Origin: a virus
Lineage: Duplodnaviria > Caudoviricetes
Length of the DNA: 62,218 bases
Virus record (IMG/VR): IMGVR_UViG_3300031519_004580
Coordinates: 1-62,218 of that record
Direction: 5' to 3' (one strand)
Positions 18,212 to 27,575 of the stretch are shown piece by piece. The notes beneath the pieces were generated by a model that saw only the letters and a list, made by a program, of their open reading frames with translations, did not search any database and was not told the DNA's origin. Position numbers and translations under genes: made by a program. How positions within the stretch are numbered: position 1 is the stretch's first letter; each line of letters begins with the position of its first letter.

Positions 18212-21193
18212 ATGCAACATTTTATTAGTGTGTTAATGACAGACAGAAAATTAAAAAAAGTAGTATTAGAAAAAATACTACAATCTGTAAATATGCCATT
18301 AAATGAAAAAACAACAAACTATGGTATTTTTGAAGGCAAAGATAAAAATATTGTATTAAAGGTTGAGTTACCAAAACAGTTAACTGAAAAACAATCTGAT
18401 ATTGCCGCAAATAAACTATCAACACAGTTATTTGAACTTGGATATAATGATTTTGATATTGAAATAAGTACTGATATTGTTAGTAACGATTTAACTTTAG
18501 AAAATACTGATTGGCACACTAATGAAGCACCAGTACAACATGTACAACTAGGAACACAAGGATCAGGAGAATTTAGTACTTCTAATATAGATACTTCATT
18601 ACCGTACGTAGAAATTGAAATGAATGGCAAGCAAAAACGAGTATACGGAGAACCTAATAGGTTACCTGGATTTTTGCAAAAAATTACTAGTAGTGGCGGC
18701 AAAGTTATAACACCAATAACTGGCGGCAGTGGTGTTAAAACCGGACCTGTTGATAAACCTAAAATACCTAGTGTAGGTGGACAAAATGAACCAGGCAGTG
18801 AACAAGCACTCATGGCAATTGTTACACAATATGCAAAACCCGGAATGACATTAGCTGATGTTGATGCTATGGAAAGAGAAGCAGTTGCTTCAGAAGTACC
18901 ATCAGCAGGTGATGATGCAAATATTTTTAGTAAAGCATTTCAAGGATTTAAGAGATTTGCTAAAAGTAAATCATGGAGAGTAACATTTGTTCTTGCAAAC
19001 GCTGCAGAAAAAGAAGACTTGCCTGGATTATTTAATTCTAGAGGTAATTTTAATTACATGAAAGCTGATAATGCAGATAACGACGATGGATTTGATCCCG
19101 GAGGGCCAACTGCGGCTGGTGGTGCAAGTTTAAAACAGTATATGTTATTAGCCAAGCGTGGTCTTGTTCCAAAAAAGAAAATACTAAAAATTCAAAAATC
19201 ATTTGCTAATCAACCTGATAATATGAAGATAGTTGATGCTATTGTTGCCGCACAGAATGCAGCAACATCACAAGTAAAAACTGGTCCAGTTGATGGGCCT
19301 ACTTTAGGAGATTCACCAAATAGTGCAACTGATGATGAAGTATCAGACACTCCTACAAATAAATTTTCTAAATTATCACAAAAAGAAGTAGATGAATTAG
19401 TTTATAATAAAATGAAAAGATTAGCAGAACTACTTGCAGCTAATCCAGAACCAACTGGCACTAGTATCGAAGAAACTAAAAAAGTCCTTTATAAAAAACT
19501 TTATAATAACTATATGTTTGAGGATGCCTCTGCAGATAAAGAAATTTCTGAAATAATTAGTGATCTTAAATTATTAATGCCGCGTATGAACCAAAGAAAT
19601 CAACAAATAATTAAAAAGATAATAACAAAAGCAGATCCTTATGTAAAGCGTAATGCTTCAGCAAAACCTACTAGACTTGGCACGCCAGGTAATCCTTTAG
19701 CCGACTTTGCTAAATCAGGTAAAGGTGGACTAGCTAATGATCCAGACGAAAAACTTGCTATTGACGAGCTACAGAAATACTTAGGTATTCCAGTTGATGG
19801 AAAATATGGTCCATCAACTAAAGACGCAGTACGTAAATATCAAGAGAAAAATGGATTAAAAGTTGACGGCGATGCAGGTCCAGCTACAATTAAACATATG
19901 CTAGGCAATCCAGGATATAAAGCCGATCCAGTTGATCCAAACACAGGTGGTAACGTTGATCCAAACACAGGTGGTGACGAAGTTAAACCTAAGTCAGACG
20001 CTGATCAAAGAAAAGCAGACGCTAAAAAAGATCCTGAAAACGGTGTTGCTCCGGTTGACGAACAAATTTTAGAAACTGCTATTAAGTTTGGATGGAAAAA
20101 GAAAAGTTATTATGTTAGTGTAACAAAAGTAAAGAAGAGCGAAGAAAATAATAACATTGAATGGGTATTTTACAAAGATGATCAATTAAAACAAGGTCAG
20201 TTAGTTGCTACTTTAGGTAATTATTGGATTAAACAATTAGAAGCAGAACTAAAAAGAAGAGCTGATGCTGGTAGTGACAATGCTAAGAAAGCACTTGAAA
20301 TTATAGATCCTCCAGGAGAAGAAACAGGTACTAAAGGACCTGTAACTCCAGGGCCAACTGACCCTAAAGTAGATGATGGTATTGTTGAAGATATTTACGA
20401 TGCTGTTAAGGGTGCAGGAACAGATGACGATGAATTGTTTGCTGCGATAAGAGCAATTAGAGATAATGCACACTACAAAGTAATAGCAAGAATGTTTAAG
20501 AAAAAATATCCAGACGCAATTGACAGTGACTATCCTACACTAGCTATTTGGATGCGAGACGACTTAGAAGGATGGATCTGGGACGGTGATAATGTCAAGC
20601 AATTTGACAGAGAGATGAATAGACTTGGTGTTAAAATTAATAAACCTATTCCACCAGAAAAAGTTGCAAAAGGTGAAGAAGTTATAAGTGGTGGCGAAAC
20701 AGTTATAGGTACTGGACAAGATGACAAAAGTACAGACGGGGGTTCAGCACCTGTAGTACCTAAACCAAGTGGCGGCGGCAGAGGAAAGACAGTTGAGAAG
20801 CCTGGAGAAAGACAGGCGTACTTAGATAAGAAGAAAAAAGAAAAAGAAAAAGTAGTAGTTACTCCTAAGCCAAAAGAAGAAAAGCCAGAAGAAAAGCCAG
20901 AAGAAAAGCCTTATACTGATAAACAAAATCGGCAGTTTGCAAACCTTGCAAAAAGATTTTGGGAAGCTGGTGATGGACTTGGCACTGACGAAGATGAATT
21001 TGCAGCAGTTCTTAAACAAATAAGAGATGCAAGAGATTATAAAGAGCTAGACAAAGTGTTTAAAGACTATAAAGAAAATGACGATGGTATATCATTAGAA
21101 GCCTTTGCAAAAAGCGAAATGAAGCGAAGGGATCAGAAAAAGTATTTCTATGATGTATTAAAAGGTAAAAACATTCCATTGGAAGGATTATAA
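18212..21193 (+). CDS. Large multidomain protein with a peptidoglycan-binding domain and two annexin-like repeats (probable virion/ejected protein)
   Basis: LQKYLGIPVDGKYGPST...LKVDGDAGPAT; IYDAVKGAGTDDDELF and FWEAGDGLGTDEDEFA. Confidence 0.75.
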   Translation: MQHFISVLMTDRKLKKVVLEKILQSVNMPLNEKTTNYGIFEGKDKNIVLKVELPKQLTEKQSDIAANKLSTQLFELGYNDFDIEISTDIVSNDLTLENTDWHTNEAPVQHVQLGTQGSGEFSTSNIDTSLPYVEIEMNGKQKRVYGEPNRLPGFLQKITSSGGKVITPITGGSGVKTGPVDKPKIPSVGGQNEPGSEQALMAIVTQYAKPGMTLADVDAMEREAVASEVPSAGDDANIFSKAFQGFKRFAKSKSWRVTFVLANAAEKEDLPGLFNSRGNFNYMKADNADNDDGFDPGGPTAAGGASLKQYMLLAKRGLVPKKKILKIQKSFANQPDNMKIVDAIVAAQNAATSQVKTGPVDGPTLGDSPNSATDDEVSDTPTNKFSKLSQKEVDELVYNKMKRLAELLAANPEPTGTSIEETKKVLYKKLYNNYMFEDASADKEISEIISDLKLLMPRMNQRNQQIIKKIITKADPYVKRNASAKPTRLGTPGNPLADFAKSGKGGLANDPDEKLAIDELQKYLGIPVDGKYGPSTKDAVRKYQEKNGLKVDGDAGPATIKHMLGNPGYKADPVDPNTGGNVDPNTGGDEVKPKSDADQRKADAKKDPENGVAPVDEQILETAIKFGWKKKSYYVSVTKVKKSEENNNIEWVFYKDDQLKQGQLVATLGNYWIKQLEAELKRRADAGSDNAKKALEIIDPPGEETGTKGPVTPGPTDPKVDDGIVEDIYDAVKGAGTDDDELFAAIRAIRDNAHYKVIARMFKKKYPDAIDSDYPTLAIWMRDDLEGWIWDGDNVKQFDREMNRLGVKINKPIPPEKVAKGEEVISGGETVIGTGQDDKSTDGGSAPVVPKPSGGGRGKTVEKPGERQAYLDKKKKEKEKVVVTPKPKEEKPEEKPEEKPYTDKQNRQFANLAKRFWEAGDGLGTDEDEFAAVLKQIRDARDYKELDKVFKDYKENDDGISLEAFAKSEMKRRDQKKYFYDVLKGKNIPLEGL
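19931..19975 (+). repeat. In-frame duplication (VDPNTGG x2)
   Basis: GTTGATCCAAACACAGGTGGT at 19931 and 19955. Confidence 0.9.
20875..20910 (+). repeat. 12-bp tandem repeat x3 (EEKP)
   Basis: AGAAGAAAAGCC x3. Confidence 0.9.
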
Positions 21194-21198
21194 TAATC

Positions 21199-21531
21199 AT
21201 GAGACTGGATGAATTCTACACTGACGAAAAAGTTTTACCTTTTGACGTTGTTGAAGATACGTTAGTATATATGCGTAATGACCCAATGTTTTATCGTAGA
21301 GAATATTTTCCTGCGGTATCTAAATTGGCAGATTGTCAACGTTCGGGTAAAGATGCAGATCCTAAAAAACTTCTAGCTTCTATGGTTGAAAAAGGTTGCG
21401 ATGAGTACTGTCGCAAATTTAACCTTGCACGAAGTTCTGAAGACATTTATACTGCTGAAGATCGTAACAACCTTTTACAAAAAATACATTCAGAAGAAAC
21501 TGAAAACATTAAAGAAGGCGATTATACGTGA
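21199..21531 (+). CDS. Hypothetical protein (MRLDEF N-terminus)
   Basis: 110-aa ORF with RBS. Confidence 0.7.
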   Translation: MRLDEFYTDEKVLPFDVVEDTLVYMRNDPMFYRREYFPAVSKLADCQRSGKDADPKKLLASMVEKGCDEYCRKFNLARSSEDIYTAEDRNNLLQKIHSEETENIKEGDYT

Positions 21532-22286
21532 AGATTTTTGAAGTTACTGAGCAAAGCAAAATTGCATCATTTGCATTAGGCAGAATGAATCCTGCCACAG
21601 TTGGTCATGAACTTCTTGTAAATGCTATTAAGCAGGCACCTGGAGATAGTTTTTTATTCTTAACAGACAGAGCTCCTAAACTACCTGATAATCCACTAAC
21701 ATCACAAGACAAACTAGACTGGGCTCGTAAGAGCTTTAACGGTATAGCAGTTGGATTAGCTAAAACTGTACTAACAGCTGCTGATCGATTGTATAAAATG
21801 GGTTATACCGAAGTAACATTTTTAGAAGGCGAACCAAAACTTCTTAAGATATTACAGGACTATAACGGTGTAGAAAAACCAACTCATAATTATAACTTTA
21901 CTAAAATTAATTACGTACAACTTTCTCGTGATGCATCAGCTGATGATGCAACTGGTATGAGTGGTACTAAACTACGCGGATCTGTTACAAGTAATAACAT
22001 TAATGCGTTTAAGTCAGGTGTTACAAAATCAGCACAGCCGTTTGCTGACGAAATGTTTAAAAAATTACAAGTAGCAATGGGCGTAGATACTGCTACTGAT
22101 ACTGTAGACGAAGGTATCCTTGATTGGTTTAAGAAAACTAAAGGCGAACTTAGTAATAAAGTATTTAATGATCCACAGTATAAAGGCTGGAAGAGAATTT
22201 ATCAAAAAAGTCCAGACGCCGCATCGATCCATCGTCGACACAAAGAATTTTTAAAAATCTATCGTTCTGAAAAGCAGGGAGCATAG
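21528..22286 (+). CDS. Phage cytidyltransferase-like (HIGH superfamily) protein
   Basis: GRMNPATVGHELL, NPL..K, RD..A..A.GMSGTKLR. Confidence 0.75.
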   Translation: MKIFEVTEQSKIASFALGRMNPATVGHELLVNAIKQAPGDSFLFLTDRAPKLPDNPLTSQDKLDWARKSFNGIAVGLAKTVLTAADRLYKMGYTEVTFLEGEPKLLKILQDYNGVEKPTHNYNFTKINYVQLSRDASADDATGMSGTKLRGSVTSNNINAFKSGVTKSAQPFADEMFKKLQVAMGVDTATDTVDEGILDWFKKTKGELSNKVFNDPQYKGWKRIYQKSPDAASIHRRHKEFLKIYRSEKQGA

Positions 22287-22290
22287 TGAT

Positions 22291-22500
22291 TTGGATATTG
22301 CTACATTAAAACGCCTAGCTGGTGTAAACGAATACAAAGGTTACACAGAATACACTCTTGAAAACATTAGTGATGCTGCTACAGCTAACCGAAAAAAAGA
22401 ACGTGAACAAAATATAAAGCCTGGTGACAAGGAATGGTTTGAACTATGGTTTAGTCAGCCTAAGATGCAAGGTGTAGCATTTAGAGGACGAAAAAAATGA
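22291..22500 (+). CDS. Small hypothetical protein
   Basis: LKRLAGV...NIKPGDKEWFELWF. Confidence 0.65.
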   Translation: MDIATLKRLAGVNEYKGYTEYTLENISDAATANRKKEREQNIKPGDKEWFELWFSQPKMQGVAFRGRKK

Positions 22501-22988
22501 AAATTAGTGAACTTACTTTAGTAAATGAAAAGAAAAAGTCACCAGCAGGCGGTCCAGCATGTTGGACAGGCAAAAAGATAGGTAGTCCAGCAACTAAAAT
22601 GAAGGGCGGCAAGCGTGTAAACAACTGCGTCAAAGTAAACGAGAACGAATTTACTTATGATGATGACGATGCTTTCTATGAAGACTACGGTGTGCTTTGG
22701 TTTAACGAAGATGAAATATTAGACGAAGCAGAGTATCAAGGACGTAAAGTTAAACTAGGCAAACCTATGCAAGGTGATGTTAAGAAGTTTAAAGTGTATG
22801 TTAAAGATCCTAAGACTAAGAACGTTAAAAAAGTAAACTTTGGACACGGTGGAAGTAGTGTTAAAGGTAAAGCTATGAGCATTAAGAAAAATAATCCTAA
22901 AAGACGTAAGAGCTTTAGAGCAAGACATAACTGTGACAATCCAGGACCACGTACAAAGGCACGTTACTGGTCATGTCGCAAATGGTAG
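22497..22988 (+). CDS. Basic phage protein (DUF6321-like), probable internal virion protein
   Basis: EAEYQGRKVKLGKP...VNFG...RRKSFRARHNC...ARYWSCRKW. Confidence 0.65.
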   Translation: MKISELTLVNEKKKSPAGGPACWTGKKIGSPATKMKGGKRVNNCVKVNENEFTYDDDDAFYEDYGVLWFNEDEILDEAEYQGRKVKLGKPMQGDVKKFKVYVKDPKTKNVKKVNFGHGGSSVKGKAMSIKKNNPKRRKSFRARHNCDNPGPRTKARYWSCRKW

Positions 22989-22997
22989 AGAAATAAC

Positions 22998-24500
22998 ATG
23001 AAACTACGTGAATTATTTGAAGATGGGCGTATTGTAAAAGGAGTTAATACAACTGTTGATGTAGGCGTTGGACAAATACCTATTGAAGCAGCAAAGCTAG
23101 GATTCAGTGTAGACAAAGACGGCCGGCCTCCTACACTAAGTAAAAAAGTTAAAGGTAAGTCAACTAACGTATTATTTAACTTAGGTCTTTCTGAAAGTAA
23201 TAAACAACGCAACTTAACAGATTTTATTAAATTTTGCAAAGAACAATTAACACTAACAACATCACCTTCAATTAAATTTGTTAATGACACTGAAGATACT
23301 ACTTTTGGATACTTTGATAACGATAATAAAAATATTGTAGTACAGCTAAAAGGCAGGCACCAAATGGATGTTATGCGTACTGTTGCACACGAACTTGTAC
23401 ACTACAAACAAGACAAAACACTAGGAAGAGAGTTAGACGGATCTGATGGAAGTCCAGATGAAAATGAAGCAAACTCGCTTGCAGGTGTATTATTAAGGCG
23501 TTGGGGGCAAAAGAACCCTACATTGTTTACCGAAACAGTTGACAAGAATACCAAAAGCAGTGTATACTTTACTAATATGCAGGAACAATTAGGTGAAATA
23601 GCATCAGCATCAGAGATATATGTTGATATGGACGGTGTATTAGCAGACTTTTTTGGAGAATGGTCTCGATTAATGAAGGTTGATCATTTTACTAAGATTG
23701 ACAAAGAACATGATCTTGGCGATGCATTACAACGTATTAGAGATACAGACGACTTTTGGTTACGTTTACCAATACTTCCTCAAGCTAAAGAATTATTAAC
23801 ATTAATTAAAAATATAAAAGGTGAATATAATATATGTTCAACTCCTTTAGCAGATGATCCTAATTCAGAAAAACATAAACGTACTTGGGTTGAAAAGAAT
23901 TTAAGTTTCTTTCCTCCTAAAAATGTTTATATAACTGATAATAAGCCACAGTTTGCAAAGAATGCTGACGGCACGCCTAATATACTAGTTGATGACTTTG
24001 GTAAAAATGTTAATCAATGGGAATCTGCAGGCGGCATAGGATTTAAATATAAAGATCATAAGTTTGAGCGTACTGCAAAAGAACTACAACAGTACATGAA
24101 TGAACCAGTTAAAGAGTCTGTTACTTACGTTAAGCCACAGTTTGATGTAGAATGGGAAGAAGCAAATCGTTATCCGTACATAAGAAAACTAGGGCAAAAT
24201 GGTTGGAAAGAACTTGCTAAAACTGGTAAAGTAATAAAGTTAAATAGTGATACTGTAAAGAAGATTGGTAATACTGGTGCCGATGGAAGTGAAACACTAG
24301 CTGACTTAGAGCCTAAAAAAGTTGAGAGACTTAAAAACGCAATGGATGCAGGCACTATTGAGATGCCTATAGTAGTTAAGCAACCAAATGGTTCTTACGA
24401 TTTAGTTGCTGGTAATACTAGATTAATAGGACTTATTACTACATACGGAGAAGCTCGAGTATGGTTAATAGACACAACTAAAAAAAGGAATATCAAATGA
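22998..24500 (+). CDS. Multidomain protein: zincin HExxH, HAD 5'(3')-nucleotidase and ParB/Srx-like domains
   Basis: RTVAHELVH...ENEAN; IYVDMDGVLADF...ILVDD; MPIVVK...LVAGNTRL. Confidence 0.75.
   Translation: MKLRELFEDGRIVKGVNTTVDVGVGQIPIEAAKLGFSVDKDGRPPTLSKKVKGKSTNVLFNLGLSESNKQRNLTDFIKFCKEQLTLTTSPSIKFVNDTEDTTFGYFDNDNKNIVVQLKGRHQMDVMRTVAHELVHYKQDKTLGRELDGSDGSPDENEANSLAGVLLRRWGQKNPTLFTETVDKNTKSSVYFTNMQEQLGEIASASEIYVDMDGVLADFFGEWSRLMKVDHFTKIDKEHDLGDALQRIRDTDDFWLRLPILPQAKELLTLIKNIKGEYNICSTPLADDPNSEKHKRTWVEKNLSFFPPKNVYITDNKPQFAKNADGTPNILVDDFGKNVNQWESAGGIGFKYKDHKFERTAKELQQYMNEPVKESVTYVKPQFDVEWEEANRYPYIRKLGQNGWKELAKTGKVIKLNSDTVKKIGNTGADGSETLADLEPKKVERLKNAMDAGTIEMPIVVKQPNGSYDLVAGNTRLIGLITTYGEARVWLIDTTKKRNIK
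23539..23568 (+). promoter_or_regulatory. Intragenic sigma70-type promoter
   Basis: TTGACA(23539-23544)-N18-TATACT(23563-23568); in-frame ATG at 23577. Confidence 0.55.
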
Positions 24501-24685
24501 AAATGAGTGACATAGTTAACGAAACAGTTTCTGCAAATATATCAGTATCGCCTGCAGGAGTAGGCAAAGTGCAAAAACGTAGTAGTTTGTATAATGCAAA
24601 CGGTACTATGAAAAATGCACTAGATCAAGATAACTTACTTGGCGGAGCACCTAAAAATAAGACGAAGAAGACTACTAAAGCATAA
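24497..24685 (+). CDS. Small hypothetical protein (MKMSDIVNE N-terminus)
   Basis: ATGA coupling, AAGGA RBS. Confidence 0.65.
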   Translation: MKMSDIVNETVSANISVSPAGVGKVQKRSSLYNANGTMKNALDQDNLLGGAPKNKTKKTTKA

Positions 24686-24698
24686 ATACATGTAAGAA
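24681..24698 (+). promoter_or_regulatory. T4-late-like promoter
   Basis: CATAAATACATGTAAGAA, identical 18-mer at 52470-52487. Confidence 0.7.
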
Positions 24699-24714
24699 CG
24701 TCTTCAAGGAGAAA

Positions 24715-25425
24715 ATGATGCCGATTAACAAAAAGAGAGGCTCTTCAATTAAGGAAGGGTTAGCTGATTTAGCTCAAGTAGCTGAGCAGGATCACGAAGT
24801 ACAGATGGCACGAGCCGAATTGTACAAACTAGCAAAATATTCTATTAAACTTCACGAAATGCTTAAAAACATTAGCGAACAAGAAGGCTTAGAGGGTTGG
24901 GTCCAATCAAAGATTACCAAAGCTGCCGATTACATTGGAAGTGTGTATCATCACTTAGACTATGATGTTAAGTTTCAACAAGATGTAGTTTCTGAAGGGA
25001 AGTGTAATTGTAACTGTGGTAAAGCAATTTGCGAAAGCTGTGGTAAGCCTCATAAAAAGAAAAAAGTCGGCGAAGGAATAAAACTCGTTAATCCAAAGTC
25101 TGGTAAGAAGATTGATATTACTAAACCAGAAGGTAATGCAGAATATAAAAAAGCAAAAGCTGCTGGTGATTTTGATGATGAAGAAGTAAAAGAAGGCGAC
25201 GGCATTTATCACGATTGTGCTAAAAAGTTTGAGCATAAGACATACGGTGAATGTACAGTAATTGCTGGTGAACATACTTTATTAGAAGACGGAACAGTTA
25301 CACACTATGATGCAACTTTTACTAGTTGTGGACAACGGTATGTTGTAAGAAATGTTCCTGTTTGCAATATAACTATATTAGAATCTAAAAAACATACTCA
25401 CGCTTCAAAGAAAAAAAATAGATAA
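24715..25425 (+). CDS. Probable prohead-core/internal head protein
   Basis: Repeated [ILV]xE-[GS] sites; DHEVQMAR...LEGWVQSKITKAADY; His/Cys-rich C-terminal domain. Confidence 0.55.
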   Translation: MMPINKKRGSSIKEGLADLAQVAEQDHEVQMARAELYKLAKYSIKLHEMLKNISEQEGLEGWVQSKITKAADYIGSVYHHLDYDVKFQQDVVSEGKCNCNCGKAICESCGKPHKKKKVGEGIKLVNPKSGKKIDITKPEGNAEYKKAKAAGDFDDEEVKEGDGIYHDCAKKFEHKTYGECTVIAGEHTLLEDGTVTHYDATFTSCGQRYVVRNVPVCNITILESKKHTHASKKKNR

Positions 25426-25437
25426 TAGGAGTCTAAA

Positions 25438-26004
25438 ATGAGTAACGACTTTTATGATATAAGTGCGAAGATGAAAAAACTTTTCCCACCTAATCCACAA
25501 GGCGACTTAGCGGCATTACAACAAATGGCAAGTAACTCTCAGGAAAGTATGCAACCCGAACAAAACTTCCTACAGGAAAGTGTAGACGTTGCTCCGGGCT
25601 CAATGCCTATAGACAAAGACTATAGTGTTACAGACTTTGCAGCACTAGCTGGTATACGTATTAATGAAAGTCAAAAAACAGGGCCAGCTGGACAACTAAA
25701 AGCAAAAGATAATATTAATATACAACCCGCAGGAACTACAGGTAACCCTACACAGGATAGGCTAGTAGGCGAGGCAGATGAAGACCGCATCACAGCATTA
25801 GAGCGTAGAATTGAAGCACTTGAATCAAGGCTTAATGAAGGTGACGGACGTAAGAAAGGTATCCACGGTAAAGGACACCCTATGCGTAAGAAACAACAAG
25901 CTGCAATACATGCTAACGAAGATAGAAAAAAGAATGTTAAAAAAGAATCATCTAGTATTAAAGACGAGTTAATGAAAAAATTGGCTGAGAGAAAAATAAG
26001 ATGA
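25438..26004 (+). CDS. Probable internal head protein
   Basis: LQES, INES, VGEA and LNEG sites; LAGI motif. Confidence 0.55.
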   Translation: MSNDFYDISAKMKKLFPPNPQGDLAALQQMASNSQESMQPEQNFLQESVDVAPGSMPIDKDYSVTDFAALAGIRINESQKTGPAGQLKAKDNINIQPAGTTGNPTQDRLVGEADEDRITALERRIEALESRLNEGDGRKKGIHGKGHPMRKKQQAAIHANEDRKKNVKKESSSIKDELMKKLAERKIR

Positions 26005-27233
26005 AAATTTACGAGATATCTACGCCGCCTGAAACCCCAGATCAATTAAATATTACAGATCCAGATCAATTAAATATTACAGATCCAGATCAATTAAATA
26101 TTACAGATCCAGATCAATTAAATATTACAGATCCAAAAGCAGTCCAAGTTAATAATAAAAATTGGCAAATTGCAGCTTTTAGTCAAGATGCTTGGCTATT
26201 AATTTTTCATTTAGCGAACGCATATGATTGGAAGAAAGACAACAACAATGGGCGGTTGATGAATACTTTATTACGACAATATCGTAAACTAGTAACAGAT
26301 GTACTTCCAAAAAAACCAATGTCTACTTGGATATTAGATGCATCTACTTTAGCTGAACTACAATTACAAGCAATAGATGTTGAAGATGTAAAAGCAGAAC
26401 TATTAGGTAGAGTTCAAAATGTTTTAGGCATAACAATTGGACCTGGTTGGGTGGCGCAAAAATCTACGCCTCCAACAAAAGAACCCTACAAAGGTTTTTG
26501 GAATAAACATCTATCAATTATAGGAGCAACACCAGTTGCACCAAAATTTGGTAGTGCAACGTCTGATGAAGTAGCCGGTTTAACTGACGCTGAATACAAT
26601 GAGCAAGTAGGACTACTTGACACAAATGTAGCTGGCGGAATAGCAGAAAAACTACGTACTGAGATAGACAAATTTAATCTTGGTATCCGAGGCAAGTTAT
26701 TTGGTGATGATATCCATGAAAGTATTTTAAAGAATTGTAGACTCATTAAGTCTGGTCCGCAATTTGATCAAGTAGCAGCAATATATAAAACACAGACCAG
26801 CCGCGGCAATGAGAGCAACTTAGCAATAGCGTTAGAAGATAATCTAGACGAAGCAGCTTACCAAAAACTCTTAACGTATGCAAAGACAGCTAGATGGGCT
26901 GATAGATTGCCTAAAGGTGGAAATAAACTTAAGAATTTGTCCGACGAAGATCCAAATAAAATACTTACAGGCAAGGAAGAAGTAAAAAATCATGCAAATA
27001 AACTTCGAACTGAGTTTTTCAAAAGGTTCCCACAGCAGGCAAAAATAGCTAAAGATTCAGGCCAAGGCCAGGTGCTATTTGACAGCTTTCTTATATCAGC
27101 CGTAAAAGAAATACAAGCTATACTTGACAAAAACGATAAAAAGATCACCGTGGGCGAATTTGCTACGATATTTAATAAGTATATGCAGAACTTTATCGAT
27201 AACAGTAAAGATCTTACCCCAGTAGAAGATTAA
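26001..27233 (+). CDS. Hypothetical protein with N-terminal tandem repeat and a degenerate annexin-like repeat
   Basis: MKIYEI start; PDQLNITD x4; IAEKLRTEI...GDDIHESI...QFDQVAAIY...LAIALEDNL. Confidence 0.65.
   Translation: MKIYEISTPPETPDQLNITDPDQLNITDPDQLNITDPDQLNITDPKAVQVNNKNWQIAAFSQDAWLLIFHLANAYDWKKDNNNGRLMNTLLRQYRKLVTDVLPKKPMSTWILDASTLAELQLQAIDVEDVKAELLGRVQNVLGITIGPGWVAQKSTPPTKEPYKGFWNKHLSIIGATPVAPKFGSATSDEVAGLTDAEYNEQVGLLDTNVAGGIAEKLRTEIDKFNLGIRGKLFGDDIHESILKNCRLIKSGPQFDQVAAIYKTQTSRGNESNLAIALEDNLDEAAYQKLLTYAKTARWADRLPKGGNKLKNLSDEDPNKILTGKEEVKNHANKLRTEFFKRFPQQAKIAKDSGQGQVLFDSFLISAVKEIQAILDKNDKKITVGEFATIFNKYMQNFIDNSKDLTPVED
26037..26132 (+). repeat. Perfect 24-bp tandem repeat x4
   Basis: CCAGATCAATTAAATATTACAGAT at 26037, 26061, 26085 and 26109. 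Confidence 0.97.
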
Positions 27234-27253
27234 CCATAATTGCAAAAAAAGAC

Positions 27254-27282
27254 TTGACTTTCTGTTAAGTATCTAGTATAAT
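27254..27282 (+). promoter_or_regulatory. sigma70-type promoter for the replication operon
   Basis: TTGACT(27254-27259)-N17-TATAAT(27277-27282); AAGGAG RBS. Confidence 0.8.
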
Positions 27283-27312
27283 GTATATTAGTACAACATA
27301 AAGGAGATACTT

Positions 27313-27573
27313 ATGAGCGATCGTACCTATGGTGCAGAAGAAAAAGCTAAACTCGAACGTCTAGTTAATGAAGGCGTAACTGTACTTCAAGAAATTGAAG
27401 ATCTAAATGAAGGTCTTAAAGAAACTGTTAAAGCAGTAGCAGAAGAGCTTGATATTAAACCCGGCTTAATCAATAAAGCAATTAAAATTGCACAAAAACG
27501 TGATTGGGAAAAGCATGCAGATGCTTTTGATGACCTTGAAACTTTGGTTGTTACCGTCGGGAAGGACAAGTAA
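27313..27573 (+). CDS. Small dsDNA-binding protein (T4 DsbA/GapR-like)
   Basis: LERLVNEG...EIEDL..GLKETVKAVAEELDIKPGLINKAIKIA helical pattern. Confidence 0.55.
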   Translation: MSDRTYGAEEKAKLERLVNEGVTVLQEIEDLNEGLKETVKAVAEELDIKPGLINKAIKIAQKRDWEKHADAFDDLETLVVTVGKDK

Positions 27574-27575
27574 AT

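Noticed and set aside
26037-26132. Possible CRISPR array
   Set aside because: The repeats are head-to-tail with no spacers and lie in frame within a CDS
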